Counted from the first letter of the stretch, positions 1 through 11,059 are shown. The stretch: DNA of 64,000 nucleotides from Candidatus Omnitrophota bacterium (GCA_031423615.1 JANPFV010000082.1:4208-68207); one strand, 5' to 3'. Made by a program: numbers and translations. Notes: generated from the letters alone by a model not told the origin.

Positions 1-573
1 GGTTTTGGTGTCCTCGACAAGCAGCGGCTTTGAATTCTTGACAACCCACTGATCATACAAATCCCCTTTTTTGGCTTTCAGGTTCAAAAGACTTTGACCT
101 CGCCAGGAAGCGACCAGAGACAATTCCCCGCCATTGTCTTTTAAAAAATAAACGATGACCGTCATCTCGTCTCGCCGGTAAACGCCGTTGACTTCCGCCG
201 TAATGATCTGCGACGTTTCCGCAAGCGTAAAAGACGCACAAAGCTTTTCGGTGAGATTTTTCAGGAGAGAAAAATTTGTGACCTTATTTTGCAAGGCGGT
301 AATGGCCTGGTGTTCACGAGAAATTTCTGCCTGCAGCAAGTTCAGGCGTTCATCACATTCCCCGCGCTCAAGCAACAACAAGGCCTGTTGGTCCGTCAGA
401 AAAATATAGGAATAGACCAGATAGGCAATGATGATGGCCAGTGAGACAGCGAGAAAAACAAAACATTCCGTGGAACAGTACCGCGCGTAAACAAAAAATC
501 CAAGGAGAGGAAAAACCAGCAGGACAAGAAAAAAATAGGGAGATTTAGCGATTCGACAGATTAAGTTTTTCAT
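1..573 (-). CDS. Partial CDS running off the left edge: membrane-anchored sensor protein with 2 N-terminal TM helices, a coiled-coil and a GAF-like C-terminal region (at least 191 aa, C-terminus outside the window).
   Basis: I translated the minus strand by hand from an ATG at 571-573 to position 1 with no stop. The protein begins MKNLICRIAKSPYFFLVLLVFPLLGFFVYARYC and ends ...DQWVVKNSKPLLVEDTKT. It is absent from the ORF track because no stop codon falls in the window. Confidence 0.5.
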   Translation of the reverse strand, partial: MKNLICRIAKSPYFFLVLLVFPLLGFFVYARYCSTECFVFLAVSLAIIIAYLVYSYIFLTDQQALLLLERGECDERLNLLQAEISREHQAITALQNKVTNFSLLKNLTEKLCASFTLAETSQIITAEVNGVYRRDEMTVIVYFLKDNGGELSLVASWRGQSLLNLKAKKGDLYDQWVVKNSKPLLVEDTKT

Positions 574-627
574 GTTGTTTATGTCACAACTATTCCAGAA
601 CAAGATGAAAAATTAACGGTCGACGGA

Positions 628-1731
628 TCAGATAATTGTGCTTTCGGTCTTTTTGTCAAAAAAGTGCACCTTGCTCATGTCCAGGACAAGGTCCATATCC
701 CGATTGACCTCGGGGCGGTCATGCGCGCCGACACGCGCAATAAACGGATGGCGTCCGGTGTTCAAATAAAGAAAAACTTCCGATCCCATGGGCTCGACAA
801 CTTCGCATGTGGCCTGGATCGTATTGTCCGGGGTCGCTTGCGAAACGAAAAGCTTGTCGTAAATATCTTCCGCGCGGATACCGAACGTGATTTCCTGGCC
901 TTCGAAAGAAGAAATTTTGGAATACATATCCTCGACGATCTTGACCTGGAACTTGCCTTCGTCAAAATAATATTTTCTGTCTTTCTTAATGATACGGCCG
1001 TCCATGAAATTCATCGGCGGGGAACCGATGAAACTCGCCACAAAGCGATTGACCGGACGGTCATAAATGGTAATAGGATCAGCGCATTGTTGAACGCGGC
1101 CGTCTTTCATGACCGCGATACGATCACCCAAGGTCATGGCCTCGGTTTGATCGTGCGTCACGTAAATAAAGGTGGTCTGCAATCGCAAACGCAATTTGTG
1201 AATTTCTGTGCGCATCTGCACGCGCATCTTGGCGTCGAGATTGCTCAAAGGTTCGTCAAAAAGAAAAACAAGCGGTTTACGGACAATCGCGCGTCCCAAA
1301 GCCACGCGCTGGCGCTCGCCGCCGGAAATCTCGCGCGGTTTGCGGTCAAGATATTTTTTAATCCCTAAAATTTCTGCGGCTTCATTGACGCGGCGGGCGA
1401 TTTCGGCTTTAGGGATCTTGCGCAATTTAAGACCAAAAGCCATATTTTCAAAAACCGTCATGTGCGGATAAAGGGCATAGTTCTGAAAAACCATGGCAAT
1501 ATTGCGGTCTTTGGCAGGCACTTCATTGACGAGCCTATCGCCAATCCAAATATTACCCGAGGTGATTTCCTCAAGTCCCGCGATCATTCGCAGAGTCGTG
1601 GATTTTCCGCAACCAGAGGGGCCCACCAGAACCAAGAATTCTTTGTTTTCTACTCCGAGGTTAACATCATCTACGGCCTTAGCACCGTTGCGATAAACCT
1701 TGCTGACGTTCTTCAAACTGATTTGGGCCAT
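628..1731 (-). CDS. ABC transporter ATP-binding protein of the sugar-import MalK/UgpC/MsiK type.
   Basis: Walker [10 protein letters not shown], signature [10 protein letters not shown], Walker [11 protein letters not shown], and a C-terminal TOBE/MalK-like regulatory domain. Confidence 0.9.
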   Translation of the reverse strand: MAQISLKNVSKVYRNGAKAVDDVNLGVENKEFLVLVGPSGCGKSTTLRMIAGLEEITSGNIWIGDRLVNEVPAKDRNIAMVFQNYALYPHMTVFENMAFGLKLRKIPKAEIARRVNEAAEILGIKKYLDRKPREISGGERQRVALGRAIVRKPLVFLFDEPLSNLDAKMRVQMRTEIHKLRLRLQTTFIYVTHDQTEAMTLGDRIAVMKDGRVQQCADPITIYDRPVNRFVASFIGSPPMNFMDGRIIKKDRKYYFDEGKFQVKIVEDMYSKISSFEGQEITFGIRAEDIYDKLFVSQATPDNTIQATCEVVEPMGSEVFLYLNTGRHPFIARVGAHDRPEVNRDMDLVLDMSKVHFFDKKTESTII

Positions 1732-1816
1732 AGGCTAAAGAATAGGTGTTGGTTTTGACTCTGATTAAGGGCTAAATTGATGAGCAAAGTTAAGACATTT
1801 TATATAAGTTTAATAT

Positions 1817-3400
1817 TTATTGCAAGGAATTGTTTGGTTGAGAGACTTTTTTACGGACAGCTATGACATGCGGTTCTTTAAAATTGTCTACAGGCACAAG
1901 ATTATGCACAGATTCACCGGCAATCTGCAGAAAAATATTATCAGAACATAAAAAAATACTGGTATATCCTTCATCTGTCAGAAAACGGAATTCATCTTGG
2001 CGCTTAAGATCATTCCGATCAAAGCGGATTTCGATGACCCGCACCATTGTCCCATTTTTAAGATGATAAACTTTCCGTTTCCAGAGAGAGTCGTTATCGG
2101 TCGTGATTTTGACCGCATCACGACTGAAAAGATAGTTGAATATGCCATAATAATCCCAATTGACCCAAAATACCCGATTATGCTGCAGATCGACCAATGA
2201 CATTCTGACAACACGCCTGTCGATCTTACAGTTATTTTTCCACTGCCCAAGGGGGAAGAACGCGGTGCACATGCGGGTGCGACTTCCGTCAGCCGTGTCA
2301 TACAAGACGGGAAATTTGATAAAAAATCCGCTCACGACAACTTGCCAGATCAATCCGATGATCAAGGTTGCGTATAAAAATAACCCCATCGCCCGATTCT
2401 GGAATCTTTTTAAAAAAATCAATCCCTCAAGGGCCAGCCAGGCCATCACAGGATAAATATACAAAAGATATTTGGGAGTCGTGTTCCCGCGAAAATAAAA
2501 AGCAAAGATGGGAAAAATAGCCAAGAAGCCCCATATGGCCGCCTGGTATTTTCTTTGGGACAAAAGACCCCAAAAGCCAATTATTCCCAAAATAATGATC
2601 GACAGAGGCATGGCCAGAGACGTATTTTTAAAAGGAAAGGAGTACTGGGCAGAAATGTCTTCAAAATGGGCTTGCGTAATCGAACGGATGGAGGCGATAG
2701 AGATATGGGCGAAATTGCCGAGGATTAAGAGGCTTATCGCAAAAACAGTAGAAAAAATAAAAATATTTTTTATGTCCTTTTTAAAATACAGGACCGCGAG
2801 CAAGCACGGGACCATAAAAACAATATCCAATCGAAAAAAAAAGGCCACGGCCGTGAGGACGGCGGCCGTAACCGTCGACAAAACCGTGATTTTTCGTGTC
2901 AGCAAATCCCCCGCCATGTACAAAAACAGCATGGCGGTAATGTTGGTATTATAGTAAGCGCCGCTGATCAAAATTTCATGGATCAATAAGGTAACACCGA
3001 TAAACGCTATGGCGAAAGTTTCGGACTTGAATCGTCTGACGATGAAATAACTTAAAAAGAGAATTAATACCAAGCTGACTTGAGCGATCATCGTTGACAA
3101 AAAAGCCAAGTCCATATGGCAGACTTTGGACATCGTCGTCAACATCGCATAGGTATAAGGCTGGACAGGATAATTGTAAAGAATCGGTTGGTCCACCCCT
3201 CGGATCATTTGCATCGCTCCAGCGATGATGTTACCAGCATCGCCTTCAAAAAAAGGATATGTCGTTAAAGTAAGAAAGTAGACTATATACAGAAAGTAGA
3301 TCGGTAAAAGAATTTTCTTTAATCGATCAGGCAGCATGACTTCTTTTGATTTGCGTTTCGTAGCAGTTAAGGGCAGCAAGAATAGTTTTGTCCATGTCAT
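1817..3400 (-). CDS. Polytopic integral membrane protein, probably a GT-C-type glycosyltransferase of the galactofuranose envelope cluster. The true start is probably the internal Met near 3337 (MLPDRLKK).
   Basis: At least 12 predicted TM segments; sits directly downstream of glf and a GT2; the annotated 5' end overlaps glf by 74 nt. Confidence 0.45.
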   Translation of the reverse strand: MTWTKLFLLPLTATKRKSKEVMLPDRLKKILLPIYFLYIVYFLTLTTYPFFEGDAGNIIAGAMQMIRGVDQPILYNYPVQPYTYAMLTTMSKVCHMDLAFLSTMIAQVSLVLILFLSYFIVRRFKSETFAIAFIGVTLLIHEILISGAYYNTNITAMLFLYMAGDLLTRKITVLSTVTAAVLTAVAFFFRLDIVFMVPCLLAVLYFKKDIKNIFIFSTVFAISLLILGNFAHISIASIRSITQAHFEDISAQYSFPFKNTSLAMPLSIIILGIIGFWGLLSQRKYQAAIWGFLAIFPIFAFYFRGNTTPKYLLYIYPVMAWLALEGLIFLKRFQNRAMGLFLYATLIIGLIWQVVVSGFFIKFPVLYDTADGSRTRMCTAFFPLGQWKNNCKIDRRVVRMSLVDLQHNRVFWVNWDYYGIFNYLFSRDAVKITTDNDSLWKRKVYHLKNGTMVRVIEIRFDRNDLKRQDEFRFLTDEGYTSIFLCSDNIFLQIAGESVHNLVPVDNFKEPHVIAVRKKVSQPNNSLQ

Positions 3401-4463
3401 TGTAGGCGTAATCTCCTAATCGTCCCCCGATGATAAGGTTTTCTTCCTGTTGGACCAAAGCCTTGTACTCCGCGACGATTTTTTGATTGTGCGGCGTGTT
3501 GATGGGATAAAATCCTTCTTTCATCGTACTGCGTTGAGATGTTTCGTAAAAAATAATGGTCTTGTTTTTGCCATACGGCCTCTCCGGGTGCAAATGCCGC
3601 GGCTCATGAATTCGCATGTAAGGCACGTCGGAATCGGCAAAATTCATGACTGATGTTCCCTGATAATCCTCCTCGTTGATGATAGCTCGCTGGCATTCGA
3701 TGACCCGCCATTCCAAAGGCCCGCAGGAATAATCAAAATACCGGTCAATCGGCCCGGTATAGATGATTTTTTCATAAGTTTTAAACTCATTGCGATGTTT
3801 AAAAAAATCACATTTGAGTCGCACTACAATTTTAGAAGACGATAGAAGTCTATCGAAAATCGAACAATATCCCTGAAGGGGAATGCCCTGCCAGGCCGCA
3901 TCATTAAAATACGTTTCGTCATAATTAAAACGCACCGGCAGCCGCGTGATGATGTTTGCGGGAAGTTCGCGCGGGTCCTTCCCCCACTGCTTCATTGTGT
4001 AACCTTTGATGAAAGCTTCGTAAAGCGGCCGGCCGATCAAGGAAATACATTTTTCTTCCAGATTATTCGGCACAGTGAATTTTTCCTGTTCGATTTGCTG
4101 TTTAATAAATTCTTTGGCTTCTGAGGGGCGAAAGTTACGATTAAAGTAGGTGTTGATCGTTTCTAAATTAATCGGCATTTGATAGACTTTATTTTTATAA
4201 GTCGTCAAAACCTGGTGCTTGTATTGGTTGAATTCCGTAAATCGCGTAATGTAGTCCCAAACGATCTGCGAGGACGTGTGAAAAATGTGCGTTCCGTAAG
4301 GATGATATTCGATGCCGGTTTCCGCATCGATTTTAGAATGGCAGTTGCCGCCGGTATGATCACGCTGGTCGATAACGAGCACACTCTTGCCCAGGTCATT
4401 GGCAATGCGCTCGGCGATGACGCTGCCATAAAAACCTGCTCCCACCACGAGATAATCGTACAT
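3327..4463 (-). CDS. glf: UDP-galactopyranose mutase.
   Basis: N-terminal FAD motif MYDYLVVGAGFYGSV and family-wide similarity across the full length. Confidence 0.9.
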   Translation of the reverse strand: MYDYLVVGAGFYGSVIAERIANDLGKSVLVIDQRDHTGGNCHSKIDAETGIEYHPYGTHIFHTSSQIVWDYITRFTEFNQYKHQVLTTYKNKVYQMPINLETINTYFNRNFRPSEAKEFIKQQIEQEKFTVPNNLEEKCISLIGRPLYEAFIKGYTMKQWGKDPRELPANIITRLPVRFNYDETYFNDAAWQGIPLQGYCSIFDRLLSSSKIVVRLKCDFFKHRNEFKTYEKIIYTGPIDRYFDYSCGPLEWRVIECQRAIINEEDYQGTSVMNFADSDVPYMRIHEPRHLHPERPYGKNKTIIFYETSQRSTMKEGFYPINTPHNQKIVAEYKALVQQEENLIIGGRLGDYAYNDMDKTILAALNCYETQIKRSHAA

Positions 4464-4472
4464 TTTTCCTCG

Positions 4473-5192
4473 CTAGAACTTCATGTTGGCCACACACTGC
4501 CACGTCTGCAGAAAAGCTCTGAAAGATGCTTTGAATAGTTTGCCCAACTTCAAAGAAAATTCTCCCGTCGTCCTATTGTGATGCGGCACGGCCACCTGCC
4601 AGATTCTGGCGTTCATTTTAGCCAGCCCCGCAGAGACAATGACATTGGGAGCAAAAGTGTTGTCGGGAATTTGATCAATGATCCGTATCAGAACGTCCGA
4701 ACGCATGAGCCGGTAAGGTACGTTCACGTCGTGCACGCCTTTTCCGGAAAGACCCGAAACCGTAAAACGGGAAATGGCGCTGACCAATTTACGCGGCAAA
4801 CTTTGCGATCTACCCTGCCGGATACCAAGGAGCGCATCATAGGATTGTCGTTTATGCCAGAAAAGGCAAAAAGATTCCGGAGGCATTTCATTGTCGCTAT
4901 CACATTGAAAGACCCATTGCGCTTCCTTGACCGCTTCATGATATCCCATCAAGATCGTCGGGCCGTGACCGCTATTCGCCTTATTGACAATTTTAATTCT
5001 GTCATTATTTTGAAAAAATTCCAATTCTTTTGCCGTTCCGTCTTTGGATCCGTCGTTGAGAGCAATGATTTTAAAATTGATATTGAGAACGGTGAACTGC
5101 TCATGCCAGCTTTGCACGACTTGTTTGATGCAGCCCTCTTCGTTGTAAACAGGCATGACCATCATTAAATCATAGCGGGAAAGATTAGGCAT
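4473..5192 (-). CDS. Glycosyltransferase family 2 (DPM1-like polyprenyl-phosphate sugar transferase type).
   Basis: MVMPVYNEE...LNDGSKDGT...CDSDNE GT-A motifs. Confidence 0.8.
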   Translation of the reverse strand: MPNLSRYDLMMVMPVYNEEGCIKQVVQSWHEQFTVLNINFKIIALNDGSKDGTAKELEFFQNNDRIKIVNKANSGHGPTILMGYHEAVKEAQWVFQCDSDNEMPPESFCLFWHKRQSYDALLGIRQGRSQSLPRKLVSAISRFTVSGLSGKGVHDVNVPYRLMRSDVLIRIIDQIPDNTFAPNVIVSAGLAKMNARIWQVAVPHHNRTTGEFSLKLGKLFKASFRAFLQTWQCVANMKF

Positions 5193-6033
5193 TCGCTTGA
5201 GAATAATTGATCAGTTGCCCGAGGGTCGTTTTCATATCTTTACGTTCGACAATCATGTCGATCAATCCATGCGCGAGGAGAAATTCGGCGCGCTGGAACC
5301 CTTCGGGAAGTTTTTGGCGGATGGTTTGTTCAATGACCCGCGGGCCGGCAAAACCAATCAGCGCCTTTGGCTCGGCCATAATAATATCACCGACACCCGC
5401 AAAAGACGCCATGATCCCGCCCATGGTCGGATCGGTTAAAATGGAAATGTACAACAGACCCGCTTCATGATGACGCGCCAGCGCCGAACACGTTTTGGCC
5501 ATTTGCATCAAGGAAAACATCCCTTCATACATGCGCGCCCCGCCGCCGGATCCGGAAACAATAATGACCGGAAGCTTTTTCTTGATGGCATATTCGATAA
5601 TCCGCGTGATGCGTTCTCCGACGACCGAACCCATGGACCCCATAATAAAACGGGAATCGGTCACCGCAATCCCCGCTAATTTCCCCTCAATTTTTCCCAC
5701 ACCGGTAATGACAGCGTCCTTAAGGCCGGTCAGCTTTTGATCAGCGGCCAGCTTGTCCTTGTATGTCTTAAGACCTTTAAAGTCCAGAGGATCTTGCGAT
5801 ATCAATCCGGCGTCGTGCTCTTCAAATGATCCTTCGTCCGTCAAAAGTTCGATGCGCTCAGCGGCGGTCAAAGAAAAATGATACCCACACTGAGGACAAA
5901 CATTCTTATTGGTCTTTAACCCTTTGACATAGGAAGGAGATTCACATTCCGGGCATTTCGACCAAATGCCTTCCGGAATATTGCGTTTGCGCACACTGAC
6001 TAAGGTATATTTATTTTTTCCGAAAAGAGCCAT
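5185..6033 (-). CDS. accD: Acetyl-CoA carboxylase carboxyltransferase beta subunit.
   Basis: N-terminal Zn ribbon CPECESPSYVK...CPQCGYH followed by a carboxyltransferase domain (GSMGSVVGE, SGGARMYEG). Confidence 0.9.
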   Translation of the reverse strand: MALFGKNKYTLVSVRKRNIPEGIWSKCPECESPSYVKGLKTNKNVCPQCGYHFSLTAAERIELLTDEGSFEEHDAGLISQDPLDFKGLKTYKDKLAADQKLTGLKDAVITGVGKIEGKLAGIAVTDSRFIMGSMGSVVGERITRIIEYAIKKKLPVIIVSGSGGGARMYEGMFSLMQMAKTCSALARHHEAGLLYISILTDPTMGGIMASFAGVGDIIMAEPKALIGFAGPRVIEQTIRQKLPEGFQRAEFLLAHGLIDMIVERKDMKTTLGQLINYSQANA

Positions 6034-6054
6034 AAAAATTTTTCCCTGAAAAGA

Positions 6055-7320
6055 TTATACAATCCGGCGCGATGTCAATCCTGAAAGGACTTTGGGGTAA
6101 AAATAGGTGGTTTTAGGCGGCATTTTCTCGCCATTGAGCGCAACAGCCTTCAGCTGGGAAATCTTGACGGGATTCATGATAAAACCGGCTTCGGCGATGC
6201 CCTCATCAACCTTGGTAATGACCTCGACGGAATCCTTGGTATAAACGATGTCTTCGGATTTAACACCCAGTTTGTCAAAAACAAAATATTTGAGAATGGT
6301 GGCATCGAGACGGCGATAATCCTTGGACCCTTCCTTGATCGTTTTGTCGATAAGGGCTTTATTTTTCAGACGCAAAAGCATATATCCATCCTTGGTATAA
6401 AGACCAAAGGCATGCTCATTTTGCCCGGCCTTGGCCAAGAGCACCATAAAATCATTTTTGGCTTTAATCTTGTCCATGCGAAAAAATTCCTCGAGGAAAG
6501 AAAGCTGACCCGGGAGCTTGGTCACGATGCGATGCATAGGAAAAATTTTCAAATCCTTAGAATCAATATTGGTAAAATAGGTCATCACATAATTGAAAGG
6601 TTCCTGCCCGGTCGTTTTACCCGCCTGAGCCATTTTTTGACGGCGGATTTCGCACGCCACTTCGTAACGGTGATGACCGTCGGCAATGAAAAGAGCCTGT
6701 TGGCTCAAGGAGGACACAATTTGATTAACAAGCTTAGGGTCATCCAACTTCCAAAACAAATGCTTGACCCCGTCGTCATCCGTAACATCAAAGAGGGGTT
6801 TGGTAATAGCTAGATGGGTGATAAAAATTTTCTCCACCTTGCGTTCCCGGTCAGAAAAACAGACAAAAATGGGACTCAAATTAGCCCCGACGGCAGTCCA
6901 AAGCTTAAAACGGTCTTCCTTGGCCGCCGCATGGGTATTTTCATGAGGAAATATTTTGGAATCCTTGGCGTCCTGAATTTTCATGGCCGCAATAAAGCCC
7001 AGCCGGCTGTGACGCTCACCCTGGACCTTATATTCCTGACGATAATAATAAATAGAAGGATTAGGGTCCTGAACAAGCACACCGCTTTGCAGCCACTGAT
7101 TAAAAAGTTCTTTGGCCCGCGTATATTTATTCTGCTCCGCATTATCAGCGGGGTTGTCCTTGGCATGTTCCAAGCGGATAAAATTATATTCACTCCGGGC
7201 CAGAAAACCGCTTTGCTGGGCCGCCGAAATAACATCATAGGGGGGACACATGACCTTAGACGGGTTGGTGATCTTTTCAGGATTGTAGTGAATACCTTCA
7301 AAAGCCTTGATTTCGGTCAT
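6055..7320 (-). CDS. DUF1015-family protein.
   Basis: Length of about 420 aa and an ADGHHRY motif typical of DUF1015. Confidence 0.55.
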   Translation of the reverse strand: MTEIKAFEGIHYNPEKITNPSKVMCPPYDVISAAQQSGFLARSEYNFIRLEHAKDNPADNAEQNKYTRAKELFNQWLQSGVLVQDPNPSIYYYRQEYKVQGERHSRLGFIAAMKIQDAKDSKIFPHENTHAAAKEDRFKLWTAVGANLSPIFVCFSDRERKVEKIFITHLAITKPLFDVTDDDGVKHLFWKLDDPKLVNQIVSSLSQQALFIADGHHRYEVACEIRRQKMAQAGKTTGQEPFNYVMTYFTNIDSKDLKIFPMHRIVTKLPGQLSFLEEFFRMDKIKAKNDFMVLLAKAGQNEHAFGLYTKDGYMLLRLKNKALIDKTIKEGSKDYRRLDATILKYFVFDKLGVKSEDIVYTKDSVEVITKVDEGIAEAGFIMNPVKISQLKAVALNGEKMPPKTTYFYPKVLSGLTSRRIV

Positions 7321-7402
7321 AGTTAAACTCCACGGTTTTATTCAAACCGTAATATCTTTCATTTTGAGCGAAATCCCGCCAGCCAGAGGCCATTGCGGGA
7401 TT

Positions 7403-7424
7403 AAAAAATCTGCTTTAAGCAGAT
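7403..7424 (-). terminator. Rho-independent terminator ending the dnaK-dnaJ-fmdB transcript.
   Basis: Minus-strand hairpin ATCTGC-TTAA-GCAGAT followed by TTTTTT. Confidence 0.6.
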
Positions 7425-7525
7425 CGGAATCTTTTGGTCAAAAGTTTTTGTATTTTTAGCGATGGTTCATATTACCAAAACAAGACAAAAATAGGTACGA
7501 AATTCTTTAAAATCTTCCCTGCCGA

Positions 7526-7819
7526 CTAAGATGAAGATTTTTTAGGCGGCAAGGCCGGTGCACTCGGTGCGCTGGCGCATCCACAGCCTCCAGAATGAGA
7601 GTGTCCGGCACCCGAAGCCGCAGGCGCGGCCGGTTTGTTCTTATAATCCGTTTCGTAAAATCCTGTCCCTTTGAAAATAATCCCACTGCCCCCTCCGATA
7701 TGGCGCACCAGAGTCATCTTGGCGCATTGGGGGCATTTTTTAAATTTTTTATCTCTCATGGACTGCAAAGCTTCGAACAAATGACCGCAGGCTTCGCATT
7801 CATATTGGTAGGTTGGCAT
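7526..7819 (-). CDS. FmdB-family zinc-ribbon protein; start re-assigned to MPTYQYECEACGH.
   Basis: CxxC...CxxC zinc ribbon at the N-terminus; a GGAG Shine-Dalgarno lies 8 nt upstream of the internal ATG. The track ORF begins 44 codons upstream and is probably over-extended. Confidence 0.7.
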   Translation of the reverse strand: MPTYQYECEACGHLFEALQSMRDKKFKKCPQCAKMTLVRHIGGGSGIIFKGTGFYETDYKNKPAAPAASGAGHSHSGGCGCASAPSAPALPPKKSSS

Positions 7820-7874
7820 AATTTTTCTCCGTTCCTGAATTATATCGATAAAAGTTTTGAGGTGAAGTCTAGTC

Positions 7875-9014
7875 TCACTTAAAAGCATTTTTAAACTTGT
7901 CGGCCAGCGAATCCGAGCCTGAAGAAATTTTTTCACCGCTGACACGAGCAAATTCCTCTAAAAGTTTACGTTGGTCAGAAGTCAAATGCTCCGGAACACT
8001 GATCATGACCTTCACATATTGCTCCCCATGCCCGCCGCCATGCAAATCCGGCATGCCCTTGGCTTTCAAGCGAAAAACTTTTCCGCTTTGTGTGCCGGCC
8101 GGGATTTTCATGGAAACATTCCCGCTCAATGTCGGCACCGAAATTTCTCCCCCCAACGAGGCCACCACAAAACTCACCGGAAATTCAAAATGCAGGTCTT
8201 TGCCATTGCGTTCATAAAGAGAATGACGTCGGACGAGAATGTATAAATACAAATCACCCGATCCGGCCGCTCCAATTTCTCCTTCGCCTTTGACACGCAA
8301 ACGCGTATCATTGTCTACCCCAGCCGGAATGTTGACATCGATATTGCGGGTGACCTTGACTACGCCTTGACCGTGACATTCCGGACAATAGTCGGTGATG
8401 ATCTTCCCCTGACCACCACAAGCGGAACAGGTTTGCGCCATACGAAAAAAACCATTGGACATGACGACCTGCCCTTGTCCTTTGCAGGTCGGACACGTTT
8501 TGGGCTTGCTTCCCGGTTTAGCCCCATTGCCGTCGCATGTTTTGCAATGCTCATGGCGAGGAACCTTGACCTTCTTTTTAACCCCGCTATAAGCTTCTTC
8601 CAGAGTGATTTCGACTTCATATTGAATGTCATGTCCCCGACGGGAACGTCCCGACCGTCCGCCGCCTTGCGTGCCAAAGCCCGCATTCCCGAAAAGATTA
8701 CCGAGAATGTCTTCCAGACCGGATTCACTGCCGAAAATACTGCTAAAATCGGCGCCCTTGAAAATATCCTCGGATGTGTAGCGCTGGTCAATGCCCGAAT
8801 GGCCGTATTGATCGTACATTTGCTTTTTCTGCGGATCCGACAATACGCCGTAAGCTTCGGAGATTTCTTTAAACTTTTCTTCGGCCGCTTTTTTTTCCGT
8901 TTCCGGAACGCGATCGGGATGGAATTTTAAAGCCAACGATCGATAGGCCTTTTTGATCGCAGTAACGTCCGCGTCTTTGGTGACACCTAGAATTTCGTAA
9001 TAATCTTTTTTCAT
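7875..9014 (-). CDS. dnaJ: Chaperone DnaJ; start re-assigned to MKKDYYEILGV.
   Basis: J domain with HPD, a G/F-rich region, and four CxxCxGxG zinc-finger repeats. Confidence 0.9.
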   Translation of the reverse strand: MKKDYYEILGVTKDADVTAIKKAYRSLALKFHPDRVPETEKKAAEEKFKEISEAYGVLSDPQKKQMYDQYGHSGIDQRYTSEDIFKGADFSSIFGSESGLEDILGNLFGNAGFGTQGGGRSGRSRRGHDIQYEVEITLEEAYSGVKKKVKVPRHEHCKTCDGNGAKPGSKPKTCPTCKGQGQVVMSNGFFRMAQTCSACGGQGKIITDYCPECHGQGVVKVTRNIDVNIPAGVDNDTRLRVKGEGEIGAAGSGDLYLYILVRRHSLYERNGKDLHFEFPVSFVVASLGGEISVPTLSGNVSMKIPAGTQSGKVFRLKAKGMPDLHGGGHGEQYVKVMISVPEHLTSDQRKLLEEFARVSGEKISSGSDSLADKFKNAFK

Positions 9015-9100
9015 AAGCTCCCAATAAAAGGGATCGGTAAGCTTAGAAGACACCTATCGCGCACGCGAGGCGCAAACTTGGGCTTACCGATCAATCTTTT

Positions 9101-11026
9101 TTATTTATCACTCGATGCTTTAAAATCTGCATCGATAACATCATCATTTTTTGCACCGGCATCCGGTTTATCGTCGGATTGCGCCTCGCCGGGTTCCGGC
9201 TGCGCTCCCGCCTGAGAACCAGCCTGTTGCTGTCCCGCCTGTTGGCTTGCCGTTGCCTTGTAAACTTCCTCGGCTAATTTATGGCTGACTTTTTGCAAAG
9301 ATTCCATGCCTGCCTTGATCTTGTCGGCATCTTTGGCCTTGATGGCTTCTTTCAAAACAACCAATTCCTTTTCAATACTTTCTTTATCCGTGGCAGAAAC
9401 CTTATCTCCATAATCCTTGACCGATTTTTCCGTCGAATAAACCAAGGTATTGGCTTGATTGATCAATTCGATTTCTTCGCGCTGTTTCTTGTCCGTTTCC
9501 GCGAATTGCTCAGCGTCCTTGATCATTTTATCAATTTCGGCCTGGGACAACTTTGTCGATGCCGTAATCTTTATGGTCTGCTCTTTGCCCGTGCCGGTGT
9601 CCTTGGCCGTAACGTGAACGATCCCATTGGTATCTATATCAAAGGTGACTTCAATTTTAGGAACACCGCGCGGAGCCGGGGGAATACCGACTAAGTCAAA
9701 ACGGCCCAATTCCGTATTGGCATTGGCCAAATCCCGTTCACCCTGCAAAACACGGATCGTGACGGCAGGCTGATTATCGGCGGCTGTGGAATAAACCTGG
9801 GATTTCTTAGTCGGGATTGTCGTATTGCGATCAATCAATTTATTAAAAAGTCCGCCTTCGACTTCAATTCCCAAAGACAGAGGAGTGACGTCTAAAAGAA
9901 GGACCTCTTTGGCTTCGCCTTTGATGATACCCGCCTGGATGGCCGCACCCATGGCGACGCATTCCATGGGATCAATGCCGCGCTCAATGGTTTGTCCCAC
10001 TTCCTTCTCGACAAATTGTTGGACGATAGGCATGCGGGTCGGTCCGCCTACAAGAATAATCTTGTCGACTTTGACATCACTGCCCAATTTTTTGGTCGCA
10101 TCCTGCATCGCTTGGACAATCGGTCCGCGGCAACGATCAATCAGAGGAGCAATCAACTGTTCCAGTTTGGCGCGGTCCAATGGCATGGTCAAATGCTTCG
10201 GTCCATTGGCATCGGCCGTAATAAACGGCAGATTAATTTCCGTCGAAACCGTACTGGAAAGCTCGACCTTGGCCTTTTCTGCGGCTTCCCGCAAACGTTG
10301 AAAAGCCATTTTGTCATTTTTCAAATCGATACCCGATTCATTTTTAAACTGGGTGATGATGTGATCGATTAAGGCGTTATCCATGTCCGTCCCGCCGAGC
10401 TGATTGTCCCCGCTGGTGGACAACACTTCAAAGGTCGCGGCTTTGTGCTCCGCATCCCAGCCCATTTCCATGATCGTGACGTCGAGCGTTCCGCCGCCCA
10501 AGTCAAAAACCATGACCTTCTGTTCTTTTCCGGCTTTATCCAAACCATACGCCAAACAAGCGGCAGTGGGTTCGTTGATAATGCGCAAAACTTTCAGTCC
10601 GGCGATTTCTCCTGCGTCCTTGGTCGCCTGGCGCTGATTGTCATTAAAATACGCTGGGACCGTGATCACCGCTTCTTCGACGGTATCGCCTAAATATTTC
10701 TCCGCGTCGGCCTTGATCTTTTGCAAGATAAAAGAACTGACTTGTTGCGGAGTGTAGTCTTTGCCCGCAACATTAAATTTAAAATTTGTTCCCATCTTGC
10801 GTTTCGCGGCATAAATCGTGCCTTGAGAATTGATCGGCGCCTGACGGCGGGCGGGTTCCCCGACGATCCTCTGCCCATCTTTGGTAAAAGCCACAAAAGA
10901 CGGAAACGCTTTACCCGAAGCCACCCCCGCTCCTTCGGCCGACGGAATGATAACCGGACGGCCGCCTTCCAAAACCGCGGCTGCGGAATTTGATGTTCCT
11001 AAATCGATACCAATTGCTTTTGCCAT
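9101..11026 (-). CDS. dnaK: Chaperone DnaK (Hsp70).
   Basis: [18 protein letters not shown], and full-length Hsp70 similarity. Confidence 0.95.
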   Translation of the reverse strand: MAKAIGIDLGTSNSAAAVLEGGRPVIIPSAEGAGVASGKAFPSFVAFTKDGQRIVGEPARRQAPINSQGTIYAAKRKMGTNFKFNVAGKDYTPQQVSSFILQKIKADAEKYLGDTVEEAVITVPAYFNDNQRQATKDAGEIAGLKVLRIINEPTAACLAYGLDKAGKEQKVMVFDLGGGTLDVTIMEMGWDAEHKAATFEVLSTSGDNQLGGTDMDNALIDHIITQFKNESGIDLKNDKMAFQRLREAAEKAKVELSSTVSTEINLPFITADANGPKHLTMPLDRAKLEQLIAPLIDRCRGPIVQAMQDATKKLGSDVKVDKIILVGGPTRMPIVQQFVEKEVGQTIERGIDPMECVAMGAAIQAGIIKGEAKEVLLLDVTPLSLGIEVEGGLFNKLIDRNTTIPTKKSQVYSTAADNQPAVTIRVLQGERDLANANTELGRFDLVGIPPAPRGVPKIEVTFDIDTNGIVHVTAKDTGTGKEQTIKITASTKLSQAEIDKMIKDAEQFAETDKKQREEIELINQANTLVYSTEKSVKDYGDKVSATDKESIEKELVVLKEAIKAKDADKIKAGMESLQKVSHKLAEEVYKATASQQAGQQQAGSQAGAQPEPGEAQSDDKPDAGAKNDDVIDADFKASSDK

Positions 11027-11059
11027 AATCCCTACCTCCTATATAGATGCGTCATTGTC

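Noticed and set aside
53-409. Track ORFs 53-241 (-) and 188-409 (+) at the left edge.
   Set aside because: They overlap the hand-verified continuous minus-strand frame of the partial GAF-like membrane protein and are wrong-frame artefacts.
8360-8930. Track ORFs antisense to or overlapping dnaJ, dnaK, clpB, ygfZ, purL and others (for example 8367-8930, 9992-10372, 13788-14330, 21444-22109, 43328-43969, 57979-58596).
   Set aside because: They lie inside well-supported conserved genes on the opposite strand or in another frame, show no motifs, and have low-complexity composition. They are spurious.
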